Assembly: GCA_038245785.1 (NCBI GenBank)
Contig: JBBRSB010000025.1
Span: forward strand, 1-64,000
Direction of reading: 5' to 3'
DNA from: Gloeobacterales cyanobacterium
GTDB lineage: Bacteria; Cyanobacteriota; Cyanobacteriia; Gloeobacterales; PMM-0068
Length of the DNA stretch: 64,000 nt
In this document: one piece after another, positions 19,301 to 27,851 of the stretch
Position numbering within the stretch: position 1 is the stretch's first letter
How the letters are laid out: the number at the start of each line of letters is the position of its first letter
Program-made: the position numbers and the translations under genes
The notes under the pieces: model-generated
What the model saw: the letters and a program-made list of their open reading frames with translations, nothing else
Databases searched by the model: none
Told to the model about the DNA's origin: nothing

Positions 19301-21211
19301 GGGAACCCGCCCTGGATTAAGGTGGAGTGGCAGGAAGGTGGAGTGCTGGCTGACTATAACCCTATGGTGGAACTACGAAATCTCTCGGCCAGTAAGTTAG
19401 CAGAAACGCGAGAAAGTCTGTTTGGGAATTATCCAGGGTTGAGAGCGGCTTATCTGAGTGAATTTGAAGAAGCAGACGGGACGCAGAATTTTTTAAATGC
19501 GGTGCAGAATTATCCTCTGCTGAAAGGCATTCAGACGAATTTATTTAAATGCTTTTTACCTCAGGCGTGGAGCTTTACGAAACCGGAAGGAGTGTCGGGA
19601 TTTCTCCATCCTGAAGGTGTATATGATGACCCAAATGGTGGGCTACTGCGGCGAGAACTTTATTCCCGCTTGCGAGATCATTTCCAGTTTCAAAATCAGC
19701 TCATTCTTTTCCCAATCGGTCATAGGGTTAAATACAGCTTGAATATCTATGGAAGTCAGCAATCGCCCTACTTCAAGACTATTGCAAATCTATTTACGCC
19801 AAAGACGGTCTCAGAGTGCGATGAACATAATGGCACGGGGGAGGTTGGCGGTATTAAAGATGAGTTGAACAATTGGAACTTCAATGGTCATCAACAGCGA
19901 ATTATAGAGGTTTCTTTAGCTGAGCTAGACCTATTTGCAAAACTCTACGACGAAGATGGGACAGCAGCAGATGAGGCTCGTTTACCTACGCTGCATTCAA
20001 GAAATCTGGTCAATGTATTACGAAAATTCGGTATTCAAGAGCAACGTCTTGGAAATCTGGAAGGGCAATATTTAGCACTTGAAATGTGGCATGAAACTAA
20101 TACCCAGAAAGATGGAACGATTCGACGCGATACTCAATTTCCAGCATTGGCAACCGACCTAATTCTCTCTGGCCCCCATTTTTATGTTGGGACTCCCGTT
20201 TACAAAACGCCCCGTAATGTCTGTACAGAAAAAGGTCATTACGACATCCTTGACCTCACCACCCTATCTGACGACTACCTGCCCCGTACTAACTACGTCC
20301 CTGACTGCGATCGCACTGAATACCGCCGCCGCACCCCAAAAGTCCCTTGGGGCGATAATCAACCCGTCACAGACTTTTATCGTTTGGTTTGTCGTAGGCA
20401 GTTGAGTCAATCAGGAGAAAGAACTCTAATTCCAACAATTGCACCGAAAGGTTCTGCTCACATTCATCCAGTTATTTCAACAACCTTCCAAGACCAGAGT
20501 GCTTTGATAGCTTTTTGCGCTTTTTGCAGTTCAGTTATCTACGACTTTTATATCAAAACGACAGGTAAAGGAGATCTTTACGAGTCAACTTTGCGGTTAT
20601 TGCCATTACCAGAAGCTAACCCAGCGATTCGCCATCGTACCCTTGTCCTTAACTGTCTCACGACCTACTATGCCGATCTTTGGGTGGCCTGCTTTGATCC
20701 CACTTTTACTATTGACTGCTGGAGTAAACCTAACGATCCGCGTCTTGACCATGGCTTCTTCACTAAACTCACTCCCACCTGGCAGCGTAACTGTGCCCTC
20801 CGCAATGACTATGCCCGTCGCCAAGCCCTCGTCGAAATCGATGTCCTCGTTGCAATGGCTCTCGGCCTTACCCTCGACGAATTAATCACCCTCTACCGCA
20901 TCCAATTCCCCGTCATGCAGCAGTACGAGAGGGAAACCTTCTACGACCAGACCGGACGCATCGTGTTCACGACCAGTAAGGGACTCGTTGGGGTCGGGGT
21001 TTCCCGTAAGGGCAACGCCAAACAAGGCATCATCGGCTGGGAAGACATTCAAGATATGACCAACGGCGAAGCCTCCATCCCTATCACTGATGACACTCTT
21101 CCTGGTGGCCCCATCGAACGCACCATCACCTACCAAGCCCCTTTTGATAAATGCGATCGAGTGGCCGATTATCGAACTGCCTGGGCCTACTTTGAGAATT
21201 TGTCAGATTGA
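16352..21211 (+). CDS. Large N6-adenine DNA methyltransferase (DrmMI/Eco57I-like)
   Basis: SYYTP, CEPAMGSAAFL and GFDLMVGNPPW motifs; TAATG coupling to the SNF2 gene. Confidence 0.92.
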   Translation: MALVGIANENEFYSAHYLDAILKEDLKGVAKHWQEATTAEKTPDQLLGSLRQCYFRLRDRLGRTKEPDENLALQREFFQSVLEILGYQWKPKLIVLQDDGLLPIVAEVSRSNEIPLLWILEGFNGTDEPSDVLSLTLDPVQFPQGATGDVSVSEGIAAIQGQTLEEILSDRVFAEDNPPRWVILLSVDQIVLVDRHKWSASRLLRFDLQELLREKDSDALLAAAKLLHREHTCPAEGSSLLDELDEKSHRHTYSVSEDLKFALREAIELLGNEALYYRRTVSKLRVFSTDVQLERGEREIDPNQLKVECLRWVYRLLFVFYIEARPELGYAPLKSDVYREGYSLESLRDLEQAELLTSVDENGNFIDASIRRLFKLLWEGYPSESSMQLDLQSSKETAIHNTFRLPALKSHLFDPARTAMLNGVKFRNTTLRRVLELMSLSRGEGKQRRGRISYAQLGVNQLGEVYEGLLSLSAFLAEEDLYEVQAVKQTTEATSDLDENIEVSKKSKKQNNHNELKVGYFVTASQLNEYEPEEWVLDPKTKKPRKHEKGKFLFRLKGRDRQKSASYYTPQSLTECLVKYALKELLQDKTADDILKLTVCEPAMGSAAFLNEVVDQLADAYLERKQDELEERIPHERITIEKQKVKMLLADRNVFGIDKNPIAMELAEVSLWLNSIYGDPDNPSRVFVPWFGLQLNCGNSLIGARRQVYRLKNVTGGNKGVAKWHEFAPERVPLGQALPEDGIFHFLLGDPGMANYADKVVKAMQPEAIKLIQEWQKEFAKAELTKEQAEYVLRLSRRIEDLWESYARELAQIRQRTTDPLTVWGQDRDGGKGDFVSRDDTPLEQKDKIYEQEKLSKGVQNAGAYRRLKLVMDYWCALWFWPIAEAEELPSREQFLQEVGAILGETEMLAPAIQQLVCFPETQAVEKGTLFLNTWGYVDLEKLKRFYPRLSLVEKLGEQHRFFHWELEFADLFLENGGFDLMVGNPPWIKVEWQEGGVLADYNPMVELRNLSASKLAETRESLFGNYPGLRAAYLSEFEEADGTQNFLNAVQNYPLLKGIQTNLFKCFLPQAWSFTKPEGVSGFLHPEGVYDDPNGGLLRRELYSRLRDHFQFQNQLILFPIGHRVKYSLNIYGSQQSPYFKTIANLFTPKTVSECDEHNGTGEVGGIKDELNNWNFNGHQQRIIEVSLAELDLFAKLYDEDGTAADEARLPTLHSRNLVNVLRKFGIQEQRLGNLEGQYLALEMWHETNTQKDGTIRRDTQFPALATDLILSGPHFYVGTPVYKTPRNVCTEKGHYDILDLTTLSDDYLPRTNYVPDCDRTEYRRRTPKVPWGDNQPVTDFYRLVCRRQLSQSGERTLIPTIAPKGSAHIHPVISTTFQDQSALIAFCAFCSSVIYDFYIKTTGKGDLYESTLRLLPLPEANPAIRHRTLVLNCLTTYYADLWVACFDPTFTIDCWSKPNDPRLDHGFFTKLTPTWQRNCALRNDYARRQALVEIDVLVAMALGLTLDELITLYRIQFPVMQQYERETFYDQTGRIVFTTSKGLVGVGVSRKGNAKQGIIGWEDIQDMTNGEASIPITDDTLPGGPIERTITYQAPFDKCDRVADYRTAWAYFENLSD

Positions 21212-21250
21212 GGGCATAGATAGAATTTCACACCCTAGAAGCATTCCACC

Positions 21251-21427
21251 ATGACTTACTCGAACACCGACTACAAACACATCCAAATCGACGACAACTG
21301 CGTTCCCATCATTGAAGGAACCACCATGAAAGTTGCAGAACTGCTTACCTCTCATCTGACCTATGGCTGGAGTCCCGAAGAACTATATCAACTAAGTGCT
21401 GTATCTCTCCCTATAATCCTGTGGTGA
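21251..21427 (+). pseudogene. Truncated DUF433-family antitoxin fragment
   Basis: HIQIDDNCVPIIEGTTMKVAELL..LTYGWSPEEL, then the sequence diverges and stops at 58 aa. Confidence 0.65.
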
Positions 21428-21431
21428 ACCT

Positions 21432-24400
21432 ATGATTCCATCCGTCGTCGCCACTGAACTGCGTAATTGCATTTCCGACTATTTGCGGACTACCTTCCGG
21501 CCCACCACGCCAGGGTTCGATAGCCTGATGGAGCGATTCATAGCAGTTCCGAGCAATGTGGGACGTGGCCCCTACGTTTCCATTGGTCTGCCCTTTCGTA
21601 CTGGAACGATGGGCACCAACTACTTCCGTCACATTCCGATGGAGTTTGCTCCGCACCTGCATCAGGAACGAGCCTTCGACCGCCTCAGTCCTCCCTATTA
21701 CCAATCAACGCTGATTGCCACCGGAACAGGCTCCGGTAAAACCGAATGTTTTCTGTTGCCCCTCCTAGAGCATTGCCGCTTAAACATTGGAGAACCTGGC
21801 ATCAAGGCGATTCTCATCTATCCCATGAATGCCCTCGCCACCGACCAATCTAAACGCATTGCCGACCTTATCCATAACACCCCTGCTCTCCAAGGCAAAG
21901 TCACTGCCGGACTCTATGTGGGCGATAGCGACGCAACCCCGACCACGATGATGACCGCAGAAAAAGTCATCACCGAAAAGCGCATCATCCGCGAATCGCC
22001 CCCCGATATCTTGATCACCAACTACAAAATGCTGGACTACCTGCTCATCCAGCCTGACGCTCAAAAACTGTGGCGCTATAACCAACCCGAAACCCTGCGC
22101 TACATCGTTGTAGACGAATTCCACACCTTCGACGGTGCTCAAGGAACCGATCTCGCCTGCCTGCTCCGTCGCCTCAAATATAGGCTCAACACTCCGCCCC
22201 ATCATCTTGCTTGCATCGGTACCTCCGCCACCCTAGGGGGCGAAGATAGCCGCAAAGATATGTTGAGTTACGCTGCCACCATCTTTCAAGAACAACTGGA
22301 TGATGGAGTACTGATAGAAGAAGACCGTCAGACCGCCGCAGAGTTTTTGCAAGACGCCTTGCTCAATATCCTGCCCGTCCCAGACCCTGAAACCATCGCT
22401 CAACTCCAACCAAATGCACACCAGACTCCAGAGGCGTATCTGCGCACTCAAGCGCGACTGTGGCTGCAAGACAATGCGCCACAAGAAGAGAACCCTGCCC
22501 TGAGCCTTAGCGCGAACACTGCCCAGCAAAGTTTAGAAATTGCCCCCTCCCTGCAACAACTCGATCTGTCAGCCCCGAATTTGGACGCACCCCTCACAAA
22601 CGAATGGCGAGTGCGACTGGGACTAGAACTGAAAACCCTACCGATCATCCAAATCTTAGTCCGAACGCTAAGGAACAGACCCCACAGCTATGACGAACTG
22701 ACTGAAACCCTTCGTCGTCGTCTGCATTTCCCGAAGTGCGATCGCCCAGAATACCTGCCCCTACTCCTGGATAGCCTCCTAGCGCTGGTTGCTACCGCAA
22801 AACGGCTAGATACCCGACCGGATGGCAAGAACCTCTATTTGCCTTGGGTGACCCTGCGCGTCCAGATTTGGCTAAAAGAGCTAAGACGGATGGTCGCTAC
22901 CGTAGAGCCTCAACCTCGGCTCCTGTTCTCAAACGACCTTACCCCAGAACAAGCAAAGAAAACTCTCCCCGTCGTTCACTGTCGAGACTGCGGTGCCACC
23001 GGATGGGCTGGGGTGCGTCCTGCCCAGGGCACTCAAAAATTAACCCCTAATGACCTGAAACGCTTTTATCAAGAATTTTTTGGTCGCAAACCGCTTATCA
23101 CCTTCTTATTCCCCAGCGATGCCAAGAACTCCGATACCCTTAAACTTTGCCCCGAATGCTTCGCCATCAATGGCCCAGGTGCCGAAGACTGTCAATCCTG
23201 CGGTTGGTCTGAACTCATTTCCGTCTATATTCCTAACTCCACGCGCACCAATACCCAACAAGAGCAAAAACAACTTGAATCCCATAGCGATTGCCCCTTC
23301 TGCGGCAGTAGTAGCGGCTTGTCGATCTTGGGGGCGCAGGCTGCCAGCCTCACCAGCGCAATGATTGGAGTGTTATACACAACCCCCTTTAACTCGGATA
23401 AAAAACTTCTCACCTTCTCCGATTCTGTCCAAGATGCAGCCCACCGTGCGGGATTCTTTGGCGCACGAACCTACAGAACCACCTTACGCACCGCCATCGC
23501 TCATACCGTCAGGACAGCTGCATCCGAAGGTCTTACCCTGCAAACTCTTGTAGAGCAGTTTTCAAGCTTTTGGCAGCAAAAGCTTGGTTCAAACGCAGAT
23601 TATGTCGCCACATTTTTACCTACTGATCTGGAATGGTTACGAGATTGGGACGAATTTGTCCGTAGCGATCGCACCGAACTAGACCCGCATAGTAAGCTGC
23701 CAAAACTGCTGGATGACCGACTTACTTGGGAAATCGTCGCTCAATTCGGTCATCGTTCCGCTATTGGCCCTTCTCTTGAACGGAGCGGCACCTGCACTGT
23801 CAGCTTTGACCCTGCCCAACTTAAACAGGCGATTGATGACCTTCACCCCAAACTCGTCAATGAAGTAGAACCTCTGCGCCAAGTTCAACCGGATCGGGTG
23901 CGCCAATTTCTTTTTGGTTTGCTGCACCACTTGCGTCAGCGGGGCGGCATCCTCCAGGCTGCCACGCAGAGCTACATCAGTCAGGGCGGGATTACGTACC
24001 TCTTACAAAAACCCCTGTTCATGCCTCGCATGGGACCAAGGATTCCAGCCCCTATCTTTTGGGTTAACGCCTCGGCCCAGAGCGATCGCTTCGAGAAAGT
24101 AATTCAAACGGGACCACGCAGAAGTTGGTGCGAAGACTGGACAGCACGAATTTTTGCTTCAGCGAGTCTCCTGCTCAATGATCAAGTCATCGACGTGCTG
24201 CATATGTCCCTCGATGCGATGGAGAATGCTGGACTGCTAGAAAGCCTACCTTGCGGCAATGGTAAAGCCTGGGGTATCCCCATGTCGTCTCTATGGATAG
24301 AGCTGGAAGGGACCATTCTCGCCTGTGATCGCTGTTCCCATCAGTTGACTGCAAGCATCACAGAGCATTCAAGTCTTGAGGGGATGGCCTGTCTAAATCT

Positions 24401-27400
24401 GGGTTGCATCGGACACTACCGCCCTAACTCTCGTATCGGACTAGCCTACTACCGAAATCTTTATCGAAGCGGCGATGTTCGACGCATTATGGCCGCAGAG
24501 CATACGGGACTTCTCACACGGGAAAATCGAGAACGCTTGGAGCAACGGTTTATCGACGGCAATCGTCGCTGCGACCCCAATCTGCTATCTGCTACCTCCA
24601 CCTTGGAAATGGGTATAAACATTGGTGATCTGTCCTCGGTGCTGCTGTGTTCCGTTCCACCTGGACCCGCCAACTTCCAGCAGCGCATCGGTAGGGCAGG
24701 GCGAAAGGATGGCAATTCCTTTGTCGGGACGATTGCCAATGGAAAACCTCACGATCTTTATTTCTATGAAGATCCGATGCAAATGATTGCTGGGAGCGTT
24801 GATGCGGCTGGATGTTATTTAGATGCTTCAGCCATCCTAGAGCGGCAATTAACCGCATTTTGTCTGGATAACTGGGTCTCAACCCATATGTCAACACAGG
24901 ATTTTCCCAGAGCGCTCCAGGATGTGCTGAATGCGATCGAGCGCAGAGACATGAGCCGCTTCCCTTATAACTGGCTGCACTTTATCCAAGAGCGTCAGGG
25001 AGCATTGCTAGAAGCGTTTCTTAAACTTTTCCAGGACGCTATTGAAGATAGAACCGTCAACCAGCTTCGTACCTTTATGGAACGAGGAGAACAAGACGAG
25101 GGAGGACTTCGCTGGCGAATTTTAGATCGACTAGATGGAGTTCGACAGGAACGAACCCGGCTCAGCAGTCAGATTAAGAACATCACGGGCAAAATCAAAA
25201 AAATTAAGGAAGAACCTCCTGCGCTCCAAGATCCTGAGCGCCTTGACGAACTGGATCGTGAGCGGTCTAGCTTTAGACAACTGATGCGCGAGATTAACGA
25301 TAAACATATCCTCAACTTTCTGACCGATGAGGGGCTTTTACCAAACTATGCTTTCCCAGAGTCAGGCGTAACGCTGCGCTCAATTCTGTGGCGAAAGCGT
25401 CAACAAGTTGAAAAATCCGGTGGCAGCAGTTACGAAACGTTCACGCTAACCTACGAGCGACCAGGGGCACTAGCCATCAGAGAATTAGTGCCAAGCGGCG
25501 TATTCTATGCAGAAGGACGACGGGTAACAATCGATCAAATTGACCTGAAACTGTCCGAACCCGAAGATTGGCGGATGTGTCGCAGTTGTAGCTATACCGT
25601 CCGAACCACGCAGCCCGAAGCCAATGCTCCATCTTGCCCAAGGTGCGGAGATTCTATGTGGCGCGATCAGGGTCGTGTCAGACGGATGTTGCGCCTGCGC
25701 CAGGTGATGGCATCTACTTCCGACAAAGGCAGCCGTTTTGGAGATGATCGGGAAGACCGCAACACAGGCTTTTTTCAGCGGCATTTGCTGGTGGATTTTG
25801 AAGCCAAGGATCGTGAAAAGACCTTTCTGATTCAGGACAAAGAATTTCCCTTTGGTATTGAGTACATTTCTCGAACCAATTTTCGGGAGGTCAATTTAGG
25901 GGAGTCGTTGTCTACGGGTGAATCCGTTGAGCTATCAGGGCAGCGTTTTACAACACGAGGATTTCGAGTCTGTAAAAGCTGCGGCAAAGTCATGAAAGGG
26001 AATGAACCCAAGGATCATGCTATCAACTGCCAATGGCGAGATAAACCCGACCAGGCAAAGGCAGAAGAGGTGTTATACCTCTACCGGGAGTTCGCCTCTG
26101 AAGCCATTCGGATATTGATGCCCGATGAAAATTTTTGGACCCCTCAAGGGCTACATTCCTTCGTAGCGGCACTACAACTGGGCTTGAAGCAAAAATTTCG
26201 GGGCAAAGTGGATCACCTTCATGTCACGATTTCCGGTGACCCTCAGGCTAATTCAAACCTCCGAAAGTCCTATTTGTATCTGTATGACAGTGTGCCAGGG
26301 GGGACAGGCTACTTGCGACAGCTTATCCGCAACCCCGACGAATTGCTGGATGTTTTTAACCGTGCCCTATTGGTGTTGAGAGCCTGCGGCTGTGAAGACG
26401 GCTGCTATAAATGCCTGTTAGCCTATCGCAACAGCTTTGACCAAGATGAAACCAGTCGCCAAACGGCGGTTAGGCTGCTCGCGCAGCTTGTAAAACACTG
26501 GCCTCAGCTAAAGGAAACTTCAGAAGGGCTATCGGCCATTCGACTCAATAGCAACTTTGAAAGCGAACTAGAACGAAGGTTTATCGAAGCCATTCGACGC
26601 TACAGCGGGGAGGTGTACCAAGGTTCAACTCCGCTGTTACGCAAAGACATCATCAATGGGAAGGCGGGATATTACCTAAAAATTGGCGAAGCAGCCTGGT
26701 TTATTGAAACCCAGGTTAACCTGAACCAGAATGACGGAGTCCAAATCCCATCCAGAGCCGATTTTCTCTTCAGACCAGCATCTACCCGTTCTTCGAGTCA
26801 CCCGATCGCCATTTTTACGGATGGCTGGGAATACCATCAGGATAGGATTTTTGAAGATTTCAAGCAGCGTTTAGCCATTGTGCGAAGCGGTCAATTCTGG
26901 AGCTGGTCTTTGACTTGGGACGACGTTGAAAAGCAACTGAACCCAGATAGCCTCATCAATCGTCCTGAGGGACTAAAGTGCCAACTCAATTCTCAGTTCA
27001 ACAGGAACAGCCATCAAGTTTACCAACAGTATCAGTGCGATGGAATGCGCGACTTAGAGCCTCGCAGCAGCTTTGAATGGCTTATGAGCTTTCTGGCTCA
27101 GCCCGATCTCAAACAATGGCAAAACTGGGCACTTTTGAGAACTATGGCGCAAGCCCATGCTCAATCCCTCCAAGACAGTGCCATCCAGAAGCAGTGGCAA
27201 GGCCAGGTGGTTCAGGTGCTGGGCGAGGAGCCTATTGATGTGTGGGAGCCATCTTCAAGATTTTTGAACACTGAAGTTCAGGTTTCGGCAGAGCTGAAGA
27301 TCTGGAGCGGTGCAGATGTAATCCGTCATAAGAATTTGGAACAAACTGGTAGCTTTGTTTTGCTAAGTCTTGACGACCGGAAACAGTCTGACTCCTCATC

Positions 27401-27851
27401 GTTTCGCGGTAGTTGGGTAGAGAGTTTAAGGCTGTTTAACCTCTATCAATTTCTTCCCCATTTTTATCCTGTCACGACATCCATGGTGGATAAGGGGTAC
27501 AGCCCTGCCTTGGCTCGTCCAGACACCGCCACGCTGTCGGCAGTTCCCACCTATCAAGAGGCTCCATGGAAGGAACTGCGGGAACTAACGGGAGTGGACA
27601 ATTTGCTACCGGCCATCGACCGTATGGAAAAAGAGAAATGGCCAGTTCCAGAGCCGGGGTATGAACTGATGGGTAAGCGCGGAGCAGTCGTAGCAACCGC
27701 AGAGCTTGCTTGGCAAACTTTTAGAGTCGCTGTAACCCTCACGCAAGAGGATCTAGATGAATTTACAAACGAAGGTTGGACCGTGATCGACTGCGAAGAA
27801 CTTTGGTCGTCAATGGACATCCTTGGCAAGAAACTGAAGGGAGAAGCATAA
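21432..27851 (+). CDS. Giant DEAD/DEAH helicase with Zn ribbons, DUF1998 and a PD-(D/E)XK-like nuclease domain
   Basis: TGTGSGKTE, VVDEFH and QRIGRAGR; many CxxC pairs; YDSVPGGTGY..CGCEDGCYKCL; RADFLF..IFTDGWEYH. Confidence 0.9.
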   Translation: MIPSVVATELRNCISDYLRTTFRPTTPGFDSLMERFIAVPSNVGRGPYVSIGLPFRTGTMGTNYFRHIPMEFAPHLHQERAFDRLSPPYYQSTLIATGTGSGKTECFLLPLLEHCRLNIGEPGIKAILIYPMNALATDQSKRIADLIHNTPALQGKVTAGLYVGDSDATPTTMMTAEKVITEKRIIRESPPDILITNYKMLDYLLIQPDAQKLWRYNQPETLRYIVVDEFHTFDGAQGTDLACLLRRLKYRLNTPPHHLACIGTSATLGGEDSRKDMLSYAATIFQEQLDDGVLIEEDRQTAAEFLQDALLNILPVPDPETIAQLQPNAHQTPEAYLRTQARLWLQDNAPQEENPALSLSANTAQQSLEIAPSLQQLDLSAPNLDAPLTNEWRVRLGLELKTLPIIQILVRTLRNRPHSYDELTETLRRRLHFPKCDRPEYLPLLLDSLLALVATAKRLDTRPDGKNLYLPWVTLRVQIWLKELRRMVATVEPQPRLLFSNDLTPEQAKKTLPVVHCRDCGATGWAGVRPAQGTQKLTPNDLKRFYQEFFGRKPLITFLFPSDAKNSDTLKLCPECFAINGPGAEDCQSCGWSELISVYIPNSTRTNTQQEQKQLESHSDCPFCGSSSGLSILGAQAASLTSAMIGVLYTTPFNSDKKLLTFSDSVQDAAHRAGFFGARTYRTTLRTAIAHTVRTAASEGLTLQTLVEQFSSFWQQKLGSNADYVATFLPTDLEWLRDWDEFVRSDRTELDPHSKLPKLLDDRLTWEIVAQFGHRSAIGPSLERSGTCTVSFDPAQLKQAIDDLHPKLVNEVEPLRQVQPDRVRQFLFGLLHHLRQRGGILQAATQSYISQGGITYLLQKPLFMPRMGPRIPAPIFWVNASAQSDRFEKVIQTGPRRSWCEDWTARIFASASLLLNDQVIDVLHMSLDAMENAGLLESLPCGNGKAWGIPMSSLWIELEGTILACDRCSHQLTASITEHSSLEGMACLNLGCIGHYRPNSRIGLAYYRNLYRSGDVRRIMAAEHTGLLTRENRERLEQRFIDGNRRCDPNLLSATSTLEMGINIGDLSSVLLCSVPPGPANFQQRIGRAGRKDGNSFVGTIANGKPHDLYFYEDPMQMIAGSVDAAGCYLDASAILERQLTAFCLDNWVSTHMSTQDFPRALQDVLNAIERRDMSRFPYNWLHFIQERQGALLEAFLKLFQDAIEDRTVNQLRTFMERGEQDEGGLRWRILDRLDGVRQERTRLSSQIKNITGKIKKIKEEPPALQDPERLDELDRERSSFRQLMREINDKHILNFLTDEGLLPNYAFPESGVTLRSILWRKRQQVEKSGGSSYETFTLTYERPGALAIRELVPSGVFYAEGRRVTIDQIDLKLSEPEDWRMCRSCSYTVRTTQPEANAPSCPRCGDSMWRDQGRVRRMLRLRQVMASTSDKGSRFGDDREDRNTGFFQRHLLVDFEAKDREKTFLIQDKEFPFGIEYISRTNFREVNLGESLSTGESVELSGQRFTTRGFRVCKSCGKVMKGNEPKDHAINCQWRDKPDQAKAEEVLYLYREFASEAIRILMPDENFWTPQGLHSFVAALQLGLKQKFRGKVDHLHVTISGDPQANSNLRKSYLYLYDSVPGGTGYLRQLIRNPDELLDVFNRALLVLRACGCEDGCYKCLLAYRNSFDQDETSRQTAVRLLAQLVKHWPQLKETSEGLSAIRLNSNFESELERRFIEAIRRYSGEVYQGSTPLLRKDIINGKAGYYLKIGEAAWFIETQVNLNQNDGVQIPSRADFLFRPASTRSSSHPIAIFTDGWEYHQDRIFEDFKQRLAIVRSGQFWSWSLTWDDVEKQLNPDSLINRPEGLKCQLNSQFNRNSHQVYQQYQCDGMRDLEPRSSFEWLMSFLAQPDLKQWQNWALLRTMAQAHAQSLQDSAIQKQWQGQVVQVLGEEPIDVWEPSSRFLNTEVQVSAELKIWSGADVIRHKNLEQTGSFVLLSLDDRKQSDSSSFRGSWVESLRLFNLYQFLPHFYPVTTSMVDKGYSPALARPDTATLSAVPTYQEAPWKELRELTGVDNLLPAIDRMEKEKWPVPEPGYELMGKRGAVVATAELAWQTFRVAVTLTQEDLDEFTNEGWTVIDCEELWSSMDILGKKLKGEA

